64,000 nucleotides of DNA. Origin: a bacterium (GTDB lineage Bacteria; Actinomycetota; Acidimicrobiia; Spongiisociales; ZC4RG35). The stretch covers positions 4,135-68,134 of the forward strand of contig JAHEDH010000001.1 of assembly GCA_024641285.1 (NCBI GenBank). The letters run 5' to 3'. Shown here piece after piece: positions 29,128-38,316 of the stretch (positions are counted from its first letter, which is position 1; every line of letters begins with the position of its first letter). The notes beneath the pieces were generated by a model. The model ran no database searches. It was not told the DNA's origin and saw nothing but the letters and a program-made list of their open reading frames with translations. A program made the translations under genes and the position numbers.

Positions 29128-30147
29128 TCAGACCGGTGGCAGACCCCTCATCCACATTGCGATCAGGTTACCCACGCCGTCGGGAGCATCCTCAGGCAAC
29201 AGGTGTCTTCCGATCACTTCCACGACCGTTTGGTTTGGGAGCCGTTCTGCTGCGGAGCGCATCCGTCCCGCGAGCATGAATCCTGGCTGTCCGAGAATGA
29301 GCAATTTCGGCACAGGAGAGCGCTCCAGCCACTCCGCGTATTCACCCACGACGAGCCGGGCGGCCTCCGGTTGGCCGGCTACTGGAATCTGCTGGTACGA
29401 CGCGAGATAGGAGCGCCGCGCGTCGGCTCCGCGCTGGAAGTTCTCAGCATATGCTTCCAGGGTTTGACTGTCTGGCGGATAGACCGTCTCACGCCTGAGC
29501 GCATCTTCGAGGTAGGTCTCTGAGTTCACGACGTTCTTCTCGATATCACCAAAGCGCAGTCTCTTGAAGATGGTTCTGAACGGGTCATCGAAGTCCGGCC
29601 ATATTGTTGGTCGCGTGATCGACTCCATGTGCGCGATCGCCCGAACGGACGCTGGGTGCCGAGCAGCCCAATCGAAGCCCACCATTGATGCGGGACCGTG
29701 AAGAACCAAGGTGACGTTGTGATCGATCCCCAGAAGCAACAGCAGTGTCTCGAGCGACGAGCGTTGGAATTCGATCGTGTAGGTGGTTGGCGTGCTACCA
29801 ACGACCCGCTGGGAGGCCCCGGTTCCTGGTAGATCGACCGCAATCACCTTGCCTAGATCCGCAAGATACGGAATCACGCGCCGCCAGGTGTAGGTGGAGC
29901 CGAGCCCCCACTGCAGCAGCACGATCGGTGGTCCTGATCCCACTGTGCGATATGCAAGGTTGAGCCCGGACACATTCAGTCGTTGCGGGGGCCGCAGGCC
30001 CCCTGGGCGCCGAGCGATGATTCGTCGTCTAAACGGAGGCACGTCGGTCGAGGATACGCAACCAACTCGTTCCTTGCCACTGACGGTGACAGCCTTCGGC
30101 CGGGGCCGTCGCGAAGCAGACGCTCGTCCGGTTGATTCAGGCACCAC
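29128..30147 (-). CDS. Alpha/beta-fold hydrolase, haloalkane-dehalogenase-like; nucleophile motif apparently degenerate
   Basis: HLD-like N-terminus (PPIVLLQWGLGSTYTWRRVIPYLADLGKVIAVDLPGTGAS); the HDWGS nucleophile elbow reads HGPAS. True start uncertain; the first about 55 codons are an Arg/Pro-rich extension. Confidence 0.7.
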   Translation of the reverse strand: MVPESTGRASASRRPRPKAVTVSGKERVGCVSSTDVPPFRRRIIARRPGGLRPPQRLNVSGLNLAYRTVGSGPPIVLLQWGLGSTYTWRRVIPYLADLGKVIAVDLPGTGASQRVVGSTPTTYTIEFQRSSLETLLLLLGIDHNVTLVLHGPASMVGFDWAARHPASVRAIAHMESITRPTIWPDFDDPFRTIFKRLRFGDIEKNVVNSETYLEDALRRETVYPPDSQTLEAYAENFQRGADARRSYLASYQQIPVAGQPEAARLVVGEYAEWLERSPVPKLLILGQPGFMLAGRMRSAAERLPNQTVVEVIGRHLLPEDAPDGVGNLIAMWMRGLPPV

Positions 30148-30151
30148 CTGA

Positions 30152-30272
30152 CACGGCTGGTTCCAGAATCATCTGTTCTCCTTCTCTCGGCCCTGACGCT
30201 ACTCATGGCCGGCGAGCGGAGCTCGATGCGTTCGTCAGTCGCCGCTGTTGTAGTGATCGGCCAGCCGATCCT
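30152..30272. repeat. 121-bp perfect direct repeat, copy 2 (gives the hydrolase gene a DUF302-derived promoter/RBS and a MILEPAVSGGA mini-ORF)
   Basis: Identical to 28849..28969; bracketed segment is 1182 bp. Confidence 0.85.
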
Positions 30273-30546
30273 GAAGCTCCCGGGTCACGATGTGCTCCTT
30301 CGGCGCCTTGGGCGCCGTGCGCACGCGCTCCGCCTCGAAGGGCAGCACGATCCTCCCGTCTCCGGTTCGGCCGAACCGGTCGATCGGGACGTAGCGGCTC
30401 GCCCGGAACGGTCCCGGATCCACCACGGCGAAGCGCGCGGCCGGGCCTGCGTCCTCGAAGATGACATCGACGACCTTCCCGATCGGCTCGTGGCGAAGGT
30501 CGATCACGATGCGGCCGACCAGGCCGCTGTCTGAGCTGGCTGTCAC
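30235..30546 (-). CDS. PRC-barrel-domain protein
   Basis: 103 aa; IGKVVDVIFED...VPIDRFGRTGDGRIVLPF pattern. Last 13 codons lie inside repeat copy 2. Confidence 0.5.
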   Translation of the reverse strand: MTASSDSGLVGRIVIDLRHEPIGKVVDVIFEDAGPAARFAVVDPGPFRASRYVPIDRFGRTGDGRIVLPFEAERVRTAPKAPKEHIVTRELQDRLADHYNSGD

Positions 30547-30648
30547 AGCTCCCCCTTTCTTCGCCCCCTGGCCCGACCTCTGTCAAACATAGGGCTCGAA
30601 CGGGCCGCATGTCCAGCAATTCCCTAGGGCCCGCTCCGGGGCGCGGAC

Positions 30649-31905
30649 TCACACCAGCCACAACTTCGTTTGGCGACCATCGAGGAAGCGGCAGGCCGAG
30701 CCGTCGAAGAATGCCTCTTCCTCCAGCATGAACTGGACGATCTGACCGTCCCATTCCGGCACACCGACGCGAGCCTGCAGCTCGATCGAGTAGGCCGTGT
30801 TCGGCCACAGCGGATGGTCGCCTTGCCCGGGCACGCCCTCCTGGTTGTCCCACAACCCGATGGTTGGCCCGGCCCCATGGCCGTGGAAGCCGATCGGATG
30901 GCTGTAGACGAGCCCATCGATTCCAGCATCACGAGCCGAAGACACCGCAGCACCAAGGATCTGGTTCCCGGTCCGGCCCGCAACGAAGCCGGCCATCACG
31001 ATGTCCTGCAGGGCGTTGGCGGCCGAGAGCCCGGCGACCAGGCCATCAGGCGCCGAGGTCTCGCCGGGTTCGAGCACATAGGCGTGTTGCTGCTGATCGG
31101 TGCAGTAACCCTGGTAGGTGATGCCGAAGTCGATGTGGACGAGGTCACCGGACCGGATGACCGTCTCCCCGGGCTTGTCGGCGAAGGACTCCCTGACCAG
31201 ATCACCGGCACGCTGGATACTGGCAGTGGGATGGAACCAGGCTCCGTGGCCGGCATCGTGGACCGCCTGGCGCAGCCACCACTCCACGTCGCCCGTCGTC
31301 GAGCGGCCGGCTTCGATCACCTCCCCTGAGAGCGCCCGCCGAAGGAAGCCGTGCGCGACCGAGCAGGCTTCCGAAAGGATGTCCACCTCCTCGTCGAGTC
31401 GGGTCTCCAGCCAACCGATCGCAGCAGCCTCTGCCCCCACGATGCGCTCCCTGAGTCGGTTCGGCAGTGCTTCCGATAGCTGTTCCGACTCTGACGCAGA
31501 CAGGCCGTCGGCGAGCGGGAAGGTCGAGGATCGGTCGACGCCGATGCGCACGGGGTCGACTTCCTCGAGGATCTCGGCGACCCGCCCCCACTGGTCCGGC
31601 TGAAGGGAGGGATCCCAGGCAGACTCGAAAGCGCTTCCCACCGCGTAGCGGGCGACCGCCATCCTCTCGACCCGATCGCCACGGTCCACGAAGACCAGGA
31701 TCGTCCTCCGCCGGGCCGTTTGGAGCCAGGTCGCAGGCAGCATCGTCTCGAGGACCGGATCCTCGTTGTACTCACGAGCGGCGATCACCCAGGCATCGAT
31801 GCGGCTGCGGCGCATGAGTTTCGGGACCAGTTCGTCGAGGCGGCGGATGAGGAGCCGGTCGGAGTGTTCCGCAGAGCGTCTGAGGTCGGTCGTCATCGGT
31901 CGCAT
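30649..31905 (-). CDS. M24-family metallopeptidase (Xaa-Pro aminopeptidase / creatinase-like)
   Basis: Pita-bread fold motifs (GDLVHIDFGITYQGYCTD, HPIGFHGHGAGP, SIELQ). Start ATG 31903-31905 with GGAGAGG 10 nt upstream. Confidence 0.8.
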   Translation of the reverse strand: MRPMTTDLRRSAEHSDRLLIRRLDELVPKLMRRSRIDAWVIAAREYNEDPVLETMLPATWLQTARRRTILVFVDRGDRVERMAVARYAVGSAFESAWDPSLQPDQWGRVAEILEEVDPVRIGVDRSSTFPLADGLSASESEQLSEALPNRLRERIVGAEAAAIGWLETRLDEEVDILSEACSVAHGFLRRALSGEVIEAGRSTTGDVEWWLRQAVHDAGHGAWFHPTASIQRAGDLVRESFADKPGETVIRSGDLVHIDFGITYQGYCTDQQQHAYVLEPGETSAPDGLVAGLSAANALQDIVMAGFVAGRTGNQILGAAVSSARDAGIDGLVYSHPIGFHGHGAGPTIGLWDNQEGVPGQGDHPLWPNTAYSIELQARVGVPEWDGQIVQFMLEEEAFFDGSACRFLDGRQTKLWLV

Positions 31906-31942
31906 GATCGCGTGACCTCTCCGCAGGTCGCCTGCACCGATG

Positions 31943-32884
31943 TCACCGGGCCACCTCGACGAGCGCCGAGTCGATTCGGTCCAGCAGCGTGTCGCCACCG
32001 TGACCGGCGTCCGACATCACCTCGAGCCGGCTCGTCTTCCACGACCTCGCGAGCCTCCACGGCACCTCGAGCGGGCTGCTGACGTCGTAGCGACCGTGGA
32101 TGAGCACACCCGGAATGCCGTCGAGCTCGTGCGCCCGCTCGAGGATCGGAGCATCGTCCAGGAAGGCAGAGTTGCGCCAATAGTGGGTGACCAACCTGGC
32201 GAAGCGAAGGCGGAAGACCGGGTCGTCGTAGTGTGGAGACGGACGATGACCGGGAGCCAGCGAGACGTGGGCGTCCTCCCAGCGGCACCATTCATACGCT
32301 GCGGTCTCCTGCATGACGGGATCGAACAGCATCTCTGCGTAGGCGTCGACGAGCCTGAGGTTGCGCAGCTCGTCGGGAACGAGCGATCGGAATCGGTGCC
32401 ACTCTTCGGGAAAGATGCGACCGACCCCTTCGGTGATCCAGTCGACCTCATCACGCGATGTGGTGGTCACGAGCGCAAGGACGAGCCCACCGATCCGCTC
32501 GGGATGTGCGAGTGCGTATGCCAGCCCAAGCGTCGTTCCCCACGACATGCCGAGTACCACGGCCCACCGTTCGATGCCGAGCATCTCTCGCAGGGCCTCG
32601 ATGTCGGAGATCAGGTGTGGCGTCGTGTTCAGTCCCAGGTCGGGAGCAGTTGCCAGATCCAGCGGTGTGCTCTTCCCCGAGCCTCGCTGGTCGAACAGGA
32701 CCGCACGATGGACCGCAGGATCGATCAAGCGCCGCTGGCCGGGCGAGCACCCCGACCCGGGGCCACCGTGGAGGAACAGCGCGGGGCGACCCGAGCGAAC
32801 GCCGACTTCCTCCCAGTAGACGTGATGCCCGTCGCCCCTGTCGAGGGTGCCCGAAGCATTCGGCTCGATGTGATTGCTGGTCAA
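31943..32884 (-). CDS. pip: Proline iminopeptidase (S33 alpha/beta hydrolase)
   Basis: 313 aa; HGGPGSG, FDQRGSGKS, nucleophile GMSWGTTL; classic Pip layout. Confidence 0.85.
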   Translation of the reverse strand: MTSNHIEPNASGTLDRGDGHHVYWEEVGVRSGRPALFLHGGPGSGCSPGQRRLIDPAVHRAVLFDQRGSGKSTPLDLATAPDLGLNTTPHLISDIEALREMLGIERWAVVLGMSWGTTLGLAYALAHPERIGGLVLALVTTTSRDEVDWITEGVGRIFPEEWHRFRSLVPDELRNLRLVDAYAEMLFDPVMQETAAYEWCRWEDAHVSLAPGHRPSPHYDDPVFRLRFARLVTHYWRNSAFLDDAPILERAHELDGIPGVLIHGRYDVSSPLEVPWRLARSWKTSRLEVMSDAGHGGDTLLDRIDSALVEVAR

Positions 32885-32996
32885 TGTGTTGATACCCGGG
32901 CTCGACGCCCCGAGGCTAACCAGATCGGGAACAGGTTCTCGGTGCGCCCGCCGCGGCGACCTCGCCCGGGACCGACATCGGGCGCTCGGCCTGCCG

Positions 32997-34496
32997 TCAG
33001 ATTCGGCCGTCGCTCAGACCCCGCTTGACGAAAGCGGCTCGATCACGGACCTCTTCGAGATCGGAGAGCCGGTCGAGGTTCGCCAGCGGCCTCGCCATGC
33101 GGTGGTTCGACCCGAGTCGCTCGCGGTGGCGATCGAGAAAGTCCCAGTAGAGCGTCGTGAATGGGCAGGCATCCTCGCCGACCCGGTTGCGAGGGTTGAA
33201 GGCGCACGTCGAGCAGTAGTCGCTCATCCGGTTGATGTAGGCACCACCTGATATGTAGGGCTTGGTAGCCATGCGTCCGCCGTCCGCCCACAGTCCCATC
33301 CCCATCACGTTCGGCACCATCACCCATTCCGCGCCGTCGATGTACTGACCCAGCATCCAGTCCATCAGTCGTCGTGGCTCGACGCCGTAGAGGTTGGCGA
33401 GGTTGGAGAGAATCATCAGCCGGGGGATGTGGTGCACCCAGGCGCGCGCACGCAGGCCGTCGAGCGTGTCGGCGAGGCACGCCATGTCGGTTCGCGCGTC
33501 GCCGGTGAACGCCGGCGGGATGTGGCGCCGGTGATCCAGCACATTGGACTCGATGTGATCGGGCCAGAGCCAATAGAGGCCCCAGACGTACTCCCTCCAT
33601 CCGATGACCTGGCGGATGAATCCTTCGGCGGAGCTGATGGGAACGTCACCGTTGCGATATGCGGCTTCGACCCGATCGCAGACCTCGTCCGGCATCAACA
33701 GGCCGAGATTGAGGTATGGGCTCAGCACGGAGTGGGCCAGGCTCCAGGACTGCGATGTCATGGCGTCCTCGAATGGGCCGAACCGCGCCAACTCGTTGTC
33801 GACGAAGTGATCGAGTCGGGCGAGCGCAGCCCGGCGGCTTGTCGCCCAGATGCCGATCGGCTCGTCCCCGTGCGTCTGGGGCAACGAGGAGAGCACCTCT
33901 GCGTCGAGGTCATCGAGTCGGGATAGGGGCGGATGGGAGAAGATCGAGACATCGTCGGGTGGCGGCTCGCGGTTGTCCTCGTCGAAGTTCCACCGGCCCT
34001 CGACGGGCGCGCCTTCGCCTTCCATGAGGTAGCCGAGGCGGTTTCTGGTCCATCGATAGAACGTCTCCATCCTCAGCGATTTCTGGCCCTCCGCCCAGTT
34101 CTCGAACTCGGCGTGGTGGCAGAGGAACTGGTTCGATCGGACCTGTTGGATTCCCATGTCGTCGCACAGGTCTCGAGCGCGACGCGAGTTCGGCTCGGTT
34201 GCGGTCACTGCGTCCGGGTGGTGATCGTCGATGTGGGATCGGATTCCATCGCGCAAGGTGGCGGCTCGGCGCAGGTCGACCTCGTAGCCGGCGCCCTCGA
34301 GCTCGGTTGCGAAGCGCCTCATGGCCGCGATCACCAGATGGTTGCGCTGCACATGCCTGCCCAGTCCGAGCAGCTGTTCGCTCTCGACGAGCAGGACTCG
34401 CACCGAGCCGGGGTCGGCGGCGGCGAGTGCTCCGATCCTCCGGTTGAGTTGGTCGCCAAACACCAGGACGGTCCGCACGGGTGCAGTCTGCCCCAT
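32997..34496 (-). CDS. Cryptochrome/photolyase-family protein of the FeS-BCP/CryPro type ((6-4) photolyase PhrB-like, 4Fe-4S cluster)
   Basis: About 499 aa from ATG 34496; FAD-binding photolyase C-domain; four-Cys cluster pattern ...DYCSTCAFNP...ACPF.... The longer listed ORF overlaps the divergent TetR gene. Confidence 0.7.
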   Translation of the reverse strand: MGQTAPVRTVLVFGDQLNRRIGALAAADPGSVRVLLVESEQLLGLGRHVQRNHLVIAAMRRFATELEGAGYEVDLRRAATLRDGIRSHIDDHHPDAVTATEPNSRRARDLCDDMGIQQVRSNQFLCHHAEFENWAEGQKSLRMETFYRWTRNRLGYLMEGEGAPVEGRWNFDEDNREPPPDDVSIFSHPPLSRLDDLDAEVLSSLPQTHGDEPIGIWATSRRAALARLDHFVDNELARFGPFEDAMTSQSWSLAHSVLSPYLNLGLLMPDEVCDRVEAAYRNGDVPISSAEGFIRQVIGWREYVWGLYWLWPDHIESNVLDHRRHIPPAFTGDARTDMACLADTLDGLRARAWVHHIPRLMILSNLANLYGVEPRRLMDWMLGQYIDGAEWVMVPNVMGMGLWADGGRMATKPYISGGAYINRMSDYCSTCAFNPRNRVGEDACPFTTLYWDFLDRHRERLGSNHRMARPLANLDRLSDLEEVRDRAAFVKRGLSDGRI

Positions 34497-34567
34497 TCCG
34501 TGTGGTTCCAAACGATCGAAGTGACCCAAGAGCCTCTTGCGTGTTGCGACCGTTGGTCGTAGGGTCA

Positions 34568-34593
34568 TTAACCAGATGGTTAAGGCATCTGGT
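34568..34593. promoter_or_regulatory. Nested inverted repeats TTAACC-agat-GGTTAA and CCAGATG-N8-CATCTGG between the photolyase and TetR genes; candidate TetR operator
   Basis: Read directly from the sequence; lies in the 103-bp divergent intergenic region. Confidence 0.4.
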
Positions 34594-34599
34594 GAGGAC

Positions 34600-35157
34600 A
34601 TGCGAACGGTGATCGTCCGATCCACCGTCGAGCTCATCGGCGAGATCGGTTGGAGCGAGATCACGACCCGCAAGGTCGCCCAGCGGTCGGGTGTCAACAA
34701 CGCCCTCATCCACTACTACTTCGGCTCCAAGGAGGCGCTGCTCCGAGAGGCCGTGCTCACCCTGTTCGGCGAGGAGTTCGAGCGGCCGCTGTCTGCGATC
34801 CTCGCAGCAGACGACATCTTCACCGGCCTCGACGAGCTGTTCGAGGCCATCGGCGAGCTGGACATGACCCAAGTCCGGCTCGTCGCGCTCAGCGAAGCGA
34901 TGCTCCAGGGCGTACGTGACGACGTGATTCGCGGCTGGATCCAGCAGGTCCTCGATGAGACGGTGGACCGCCTGGCCGCCCTCATCTCCGCCGGCCAGAA
35001 CGCACATCGCGTCAGAGCCGATCTCGATGCCGCAGGCGCCGCGCTGGTGATCGTCGGCCTGATCGACGCCCTCGTCCTCTACAGGTTCAACCATCCCACG
35101 CTCGACCTCGAACCATCGAGGCGGGCCGTCCACACGATGCTCGCGCCACAGGAGTAG
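34600..35157 (+). CDS. TetR/AcrR-family transcriptional regulator
   Basis: HTH TRKVAQRSGVNNALIHYYFGSKEALL. Start ambiguous (ATG 34537, 34576 or 34600); 34600 leaves the palindrome intergenic. Confidence 0.7.
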   Translation: MRTVIVRSTVELIGEIGWSEITTRKVAQRSGVNNALIHYYFGSKEALLREAVLTLFGEEFERPLSAILAADDIFTGLDELFEAIGELDMTQVRLVALSEAMLQGVRDDVIRGWIQQVLDETVDRLAALISAGQNAHRVRADLDAAGAALVIVGLIDALVLYRFNHPTLDLEPSRRAVHTMLAPQE

Positions 35158-35161
35158 ATCG

Positions 35162-35890
35162 ATGACCACGAAAGCGACGACCACCACCGAGATCCACCTC
35201 TCCGACGTCTCGAAGACATACCGGGTCGGGGCGAGCGACGTGCACGCGCTGCGGTCGGTCGATCTGTCGATCGAACCTGGCCAGTTCGTCGTGATCCTGG
35301 GACCGAGCGGCTCCGGCAAGACCACGCTGCTGAATCTGATCGGAGCGATCGACACGCCGACGACTGGCTCCGTCGATGTCGGGGGCACCGATCTGGGCAG
35401 CCTGGACGAGACGGCCCGGGCGGCCTATCGAAGGTCATCGGTCGGGTTTGTGTTCCAGTTCTTCAACCTGATCCCGACGCTGACGGCCGCCGAGAACGTC
35501 GAGTTGATCGCAGAGCTCACCGATGGTGACAGTGGCGAGCGGGCGGAGGAGACGCTCGGGTGGGTCGGGCTGGCAGATCGGGTCGATCACTTTCCCTCTC
35601 AGCTGTCGGGCGGTGAACAACAGCGGGTGGCGATCGCACGGGCGCTGGCCAAACGCCCTCCGCTGTTGCTCTGTGACGAGCCGACCGGCGAACTGGACTT
35701 CGAAACCGGACGGTCGATCCTCGGTCTGCTCCGACGCCTCAATCGCCAGCACGGACAGACCGTGCTCGTCGTCACCCACAATGCCGCGATCGGGCAGATG
35801 GCCGATCGGGTCATCAGGCTGCATGCCGGCGAGATCTTCGACGACCGGCACGTGGACACTCCGATCTCGGCGGAGGAGCTGACCTGGTGA
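35162..35890 (+). CDS. ABC transporter ATP-binding protein (MacB/LolD/FtsE-like)
   Basis: GPSGSGKTT, LSGGEQQRVAIARAL, LLLCDEPTGELD; 4-nt overlap with the downstream permease. Confidence 0.85.
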   Translation: MTTKATTTTEIHLSDVSKTYRVGASDVHALRSVDLSIEPGQFVVILGPSGSGKTTLLNLIGAIDTPTTGSVDVGGTDLGSLDETARAAYRRSSVGFVFQFFNLIPTLTAAENVELIAELTDGDSGERAEETLGWVGLADRVDHFPSQLSGGEQQRVAIARALAKRPPLLLCDEPTGELDFETGRSILGLLRRLNRQHGQTVLVVTHNAAIGQMADRVIRLHAGEIFDDRHVDTPISAEELTW

Positions 35891-38223
35891 ACGTGCTTTC
35901 TCGCAAACTCCTCCGCGACATCGGCCTGCAGAAGACCCAGTTCGTCGCCGTCGCCGTCACGGTCTTCCTCGGTATCACGATGTTCGGAGCGTCTTACGAC
36001 TCGTTCCAGAACCTACAGGCCTCCTACGACGCAACCGCCACCCAGACTCGCTTCGCCAATCTGACCGTCGCAGGAGGGGACATCCCGGACTTCGTCTCGT
36101 TCGCCGAGTCGCAGCCGGGGGTGGAGAGCGTCGACACCAGGACGGTGGTCGACCTTCCATTCGATCTGCCCGACACGAAGCTCCTCGGACGGGTCGTTGG
36201 GATCCCCGATTCCGCGGCAGTCAATCTGCTGAGCATGCAATCCGGTTCGGTGCCGGCGCCGGGCGAGATCGCGCTGGAGGCTCACCTCGCCGACCACTTC
36301 CAGCTCGGAACCGGTTCTACGGTCTCGCTGCTCGGTCCGAACGGATGGGTCGATGCCCAGGTCTCGGGCGTCGCAGCCTCACCTGAGTACATCTGGCCGG
36401 CCAAGAGCCGCCAGGAGGTACTGACGACCCCAGACAACTTCGGTGTCGTGTTCGCGCCGGAAGCGGATGCTCGGAAGCTGGCCGGACTCGAGCAGCCGAA
36501 TCAGGCTGTCGTCTACTACCGCGACGGCCGGCCCGACGACGCTCTGACCGCGGCGCTCACCTCGGCGGCCGCAGGCGCGGTCGACGTGTACACGCGGGAA
36601 GAGCAGCCATCGAACTCTGCCTTGAAGGAGGACCTGGCCGGCTTCGAAGAGCTCTCCGTGTTCTTCCCGATCCTCTTCCTCACGGCCTCGGGCATGGCCG
36701 GATATGTGATGATCACACGCCTCGTGCAGGCGCAGCGGCCGCAGATCGGCATCATGCTCGCCAACGGCTTCACTCGGAGAACGCTGCTTCGCCACTACCT
36801 CGGATACGGCCTCGCGCCCGGCGTCGCCGGTGCGATCCCGGGAGCGATCGCCGGCAGCCTGCTCGCCAGAGTGATCACCGGTTACTACACCGACATCATC
36901 TCGGTGCCCGTGACGGTGGTGGAAACGCACCCGGTGGCAGCAGTCGTCGCCGTCGTTCTCGGGATCGGCGCCTCGCTCCTCGCAGCACTCGGCCCCGCAC
37001 TGATGGCATCGAGGGTCACGCCGGCAGAGTCGATGCGCGGATTTGCCCCGATTGGCGGCGGACGACCGAGCATCATCGAACGTCTCGTCCCTGCGGCAAG
37101 TCGGATGCCGATTCGTTGGCGGATGGGCCTGCGCGGTATCGAGCGAAACCCCCGCCGAACGATATCCACGATCCTCGGCGTGGTGCTGTCGCTGATCCTC
37201 GTCCTCGTTTCCTGGGGGATGATCGACACGATCCAGCAACTCATGAACTTCCAGTTCGACCAGATCGAGGTCCAGGACGCCCGCGTCTACTTCGATGGAC
37301 CTGTCGACGAGTCCGCCATCAGCGCACTGACCACGGTCGACGGTGTGGCGAGCGCCGAACGGTCGGCGCAGATCCCTGCGTCTGTCACGTCCGGATCCAA
37401 CGTGCTCTCGACCGCCGTGATCGTCCTCCCTGCCGATACGAGGATGCACGGGTTCTTCGACGCCCACCACGATCCGATCACGTTCGACCAGAACGGCGCT
37501 CTGGTATCGCAGGGAGTCCTCGACTCGACCGGAGCAGTTGTGGGCGGTGACCTGGAGGTCACGGTTGCCGGCGTGGGCAGCATCACGGTTCCGGTAGCAG
37601 GAGCGGTCGACGAGCCACTCGGATCGTTCGTGTACATCACGTTCGACGAAGCTCAGCAGCTCGCCGGGATGCCGGTGCCTGCGACCGCCGCCCTCATCTC
37701 CTACGACGGTTCGGTGGACGCCTCGACGATCCGCCAGGCGATCCTCGATGACCCAGGGGTTGCCGCATTCGAAGACACCGAAGCACTTGCCGGAATGATG
37801 AGAGGATTCATGGGGCTGTTCTACGCGTTCGTCGGAGTGATGCTGGCCTTCGGCGCAGCGATGGCGTTCGCGCTCATCTTCAACTCGATGAGCGTGAACA
37901 TCGCCGAGCGCACACGTGAAGTCGGCACGTTGATGGCGGTTGGCGTGGATCGGTCGACGGTCTCCCGATTGGTCACCGTGGAGAACCTCGCCGTCGTCCT
38001 GATCGGCGTGCCGATCGGACTGATCGGCGGTTACTGGGTGTCGGCGGCTGCACTCGCCTCGTTCCAGTCGGACATGTTCCGCCTGACGTTGGACATGCGT
38101 CCGTCCACACTCATCCTGTCGGCACTCGCCATGGTGATCGTGGCCTTGCTGTCCCAACGCCCAGGGTTGACGGCCATTCGGCGAATGGATCTCACCCGCA
38201 TCATCAAGGACCGCAGCTCGTGA
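35887..38223 (+). CDS. FtsX-family ABC permease with two FtsX/MacB-type domains
   Basis: 778 aa; duplicated large-extracytoplasmic-loop plus four-TM FtsX modules. Confidence 0.85.
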   Translation: MNVLSRKLLRDIGLQKTQFVAVAVTVFLGITMFGASYDSFQNLQASYDATATQTRFANLTVAGGDIPDFVSFAESQPGVESVDTRTVVDLPFDLPDTKLLGRVVGIPDSAAVNLLSMQSGSVPAPGEIALEAHLADHFQLGTGSTVSLLGPNGWVDAQVSGVAASPEYIWPAKSRQEVLTTPDNFGVVFAPEADARKLAGLEQPNQAVVYYRDGRPDDALTAALTSAAAGAVDVYTREEQPSNSALKEDLAGFEELSVFFPILFLTASGMAGYVMITRLVQAQRPQIGIMLANGFTRRTLLRHYLGYGLAPGVAGAIPGAIAGSLLARVITGYYTDIISVPVTVVETHPVAAVVAVVLGIGASLLAALGPALMASRVTPAESMRGFAPIGGGRPSIIERLVPAASRMPIRWRMGLRGIERNPRRTISTILGVVLSLILVLVSWGMIDTIQQLMNFQFDQIEVQDARVYFDGPVDESAISALTTVDGVASAERSAQIPASVTSGSNVLSTAVIVLPADTRMHGFFDAHHDPITFDQNGALVSQGVLDSTGAVVGGDLEVTVAGVGSITVPVAGAVDEPLGSFVYITFDEAQQLAGMPVPATAALISYDGSVDASTIRQAILDDPGVAAFEDTEALAGMMRGFMGLFYAFVGVMLAFGAAMAFALIFNSMSVNIAERTREVGTLMAVGVDRSTVSRLVTVENLAVVLIGVPIGLIGGYWVSAAALASFQSDMFRLTLDMRPSTLILSALAMVIVALLSQRPGLTAIRRMDLTRIIKDRSS

Positions 38224-38316
38224 ACGACCCGACCTTCGGCACTTGCCCAGACGGGACAACCGTCGCACATTGAGAGGAGACGCTCCGGAGACATCCGGCT
38301 GCGAGAAGGAGAACAC

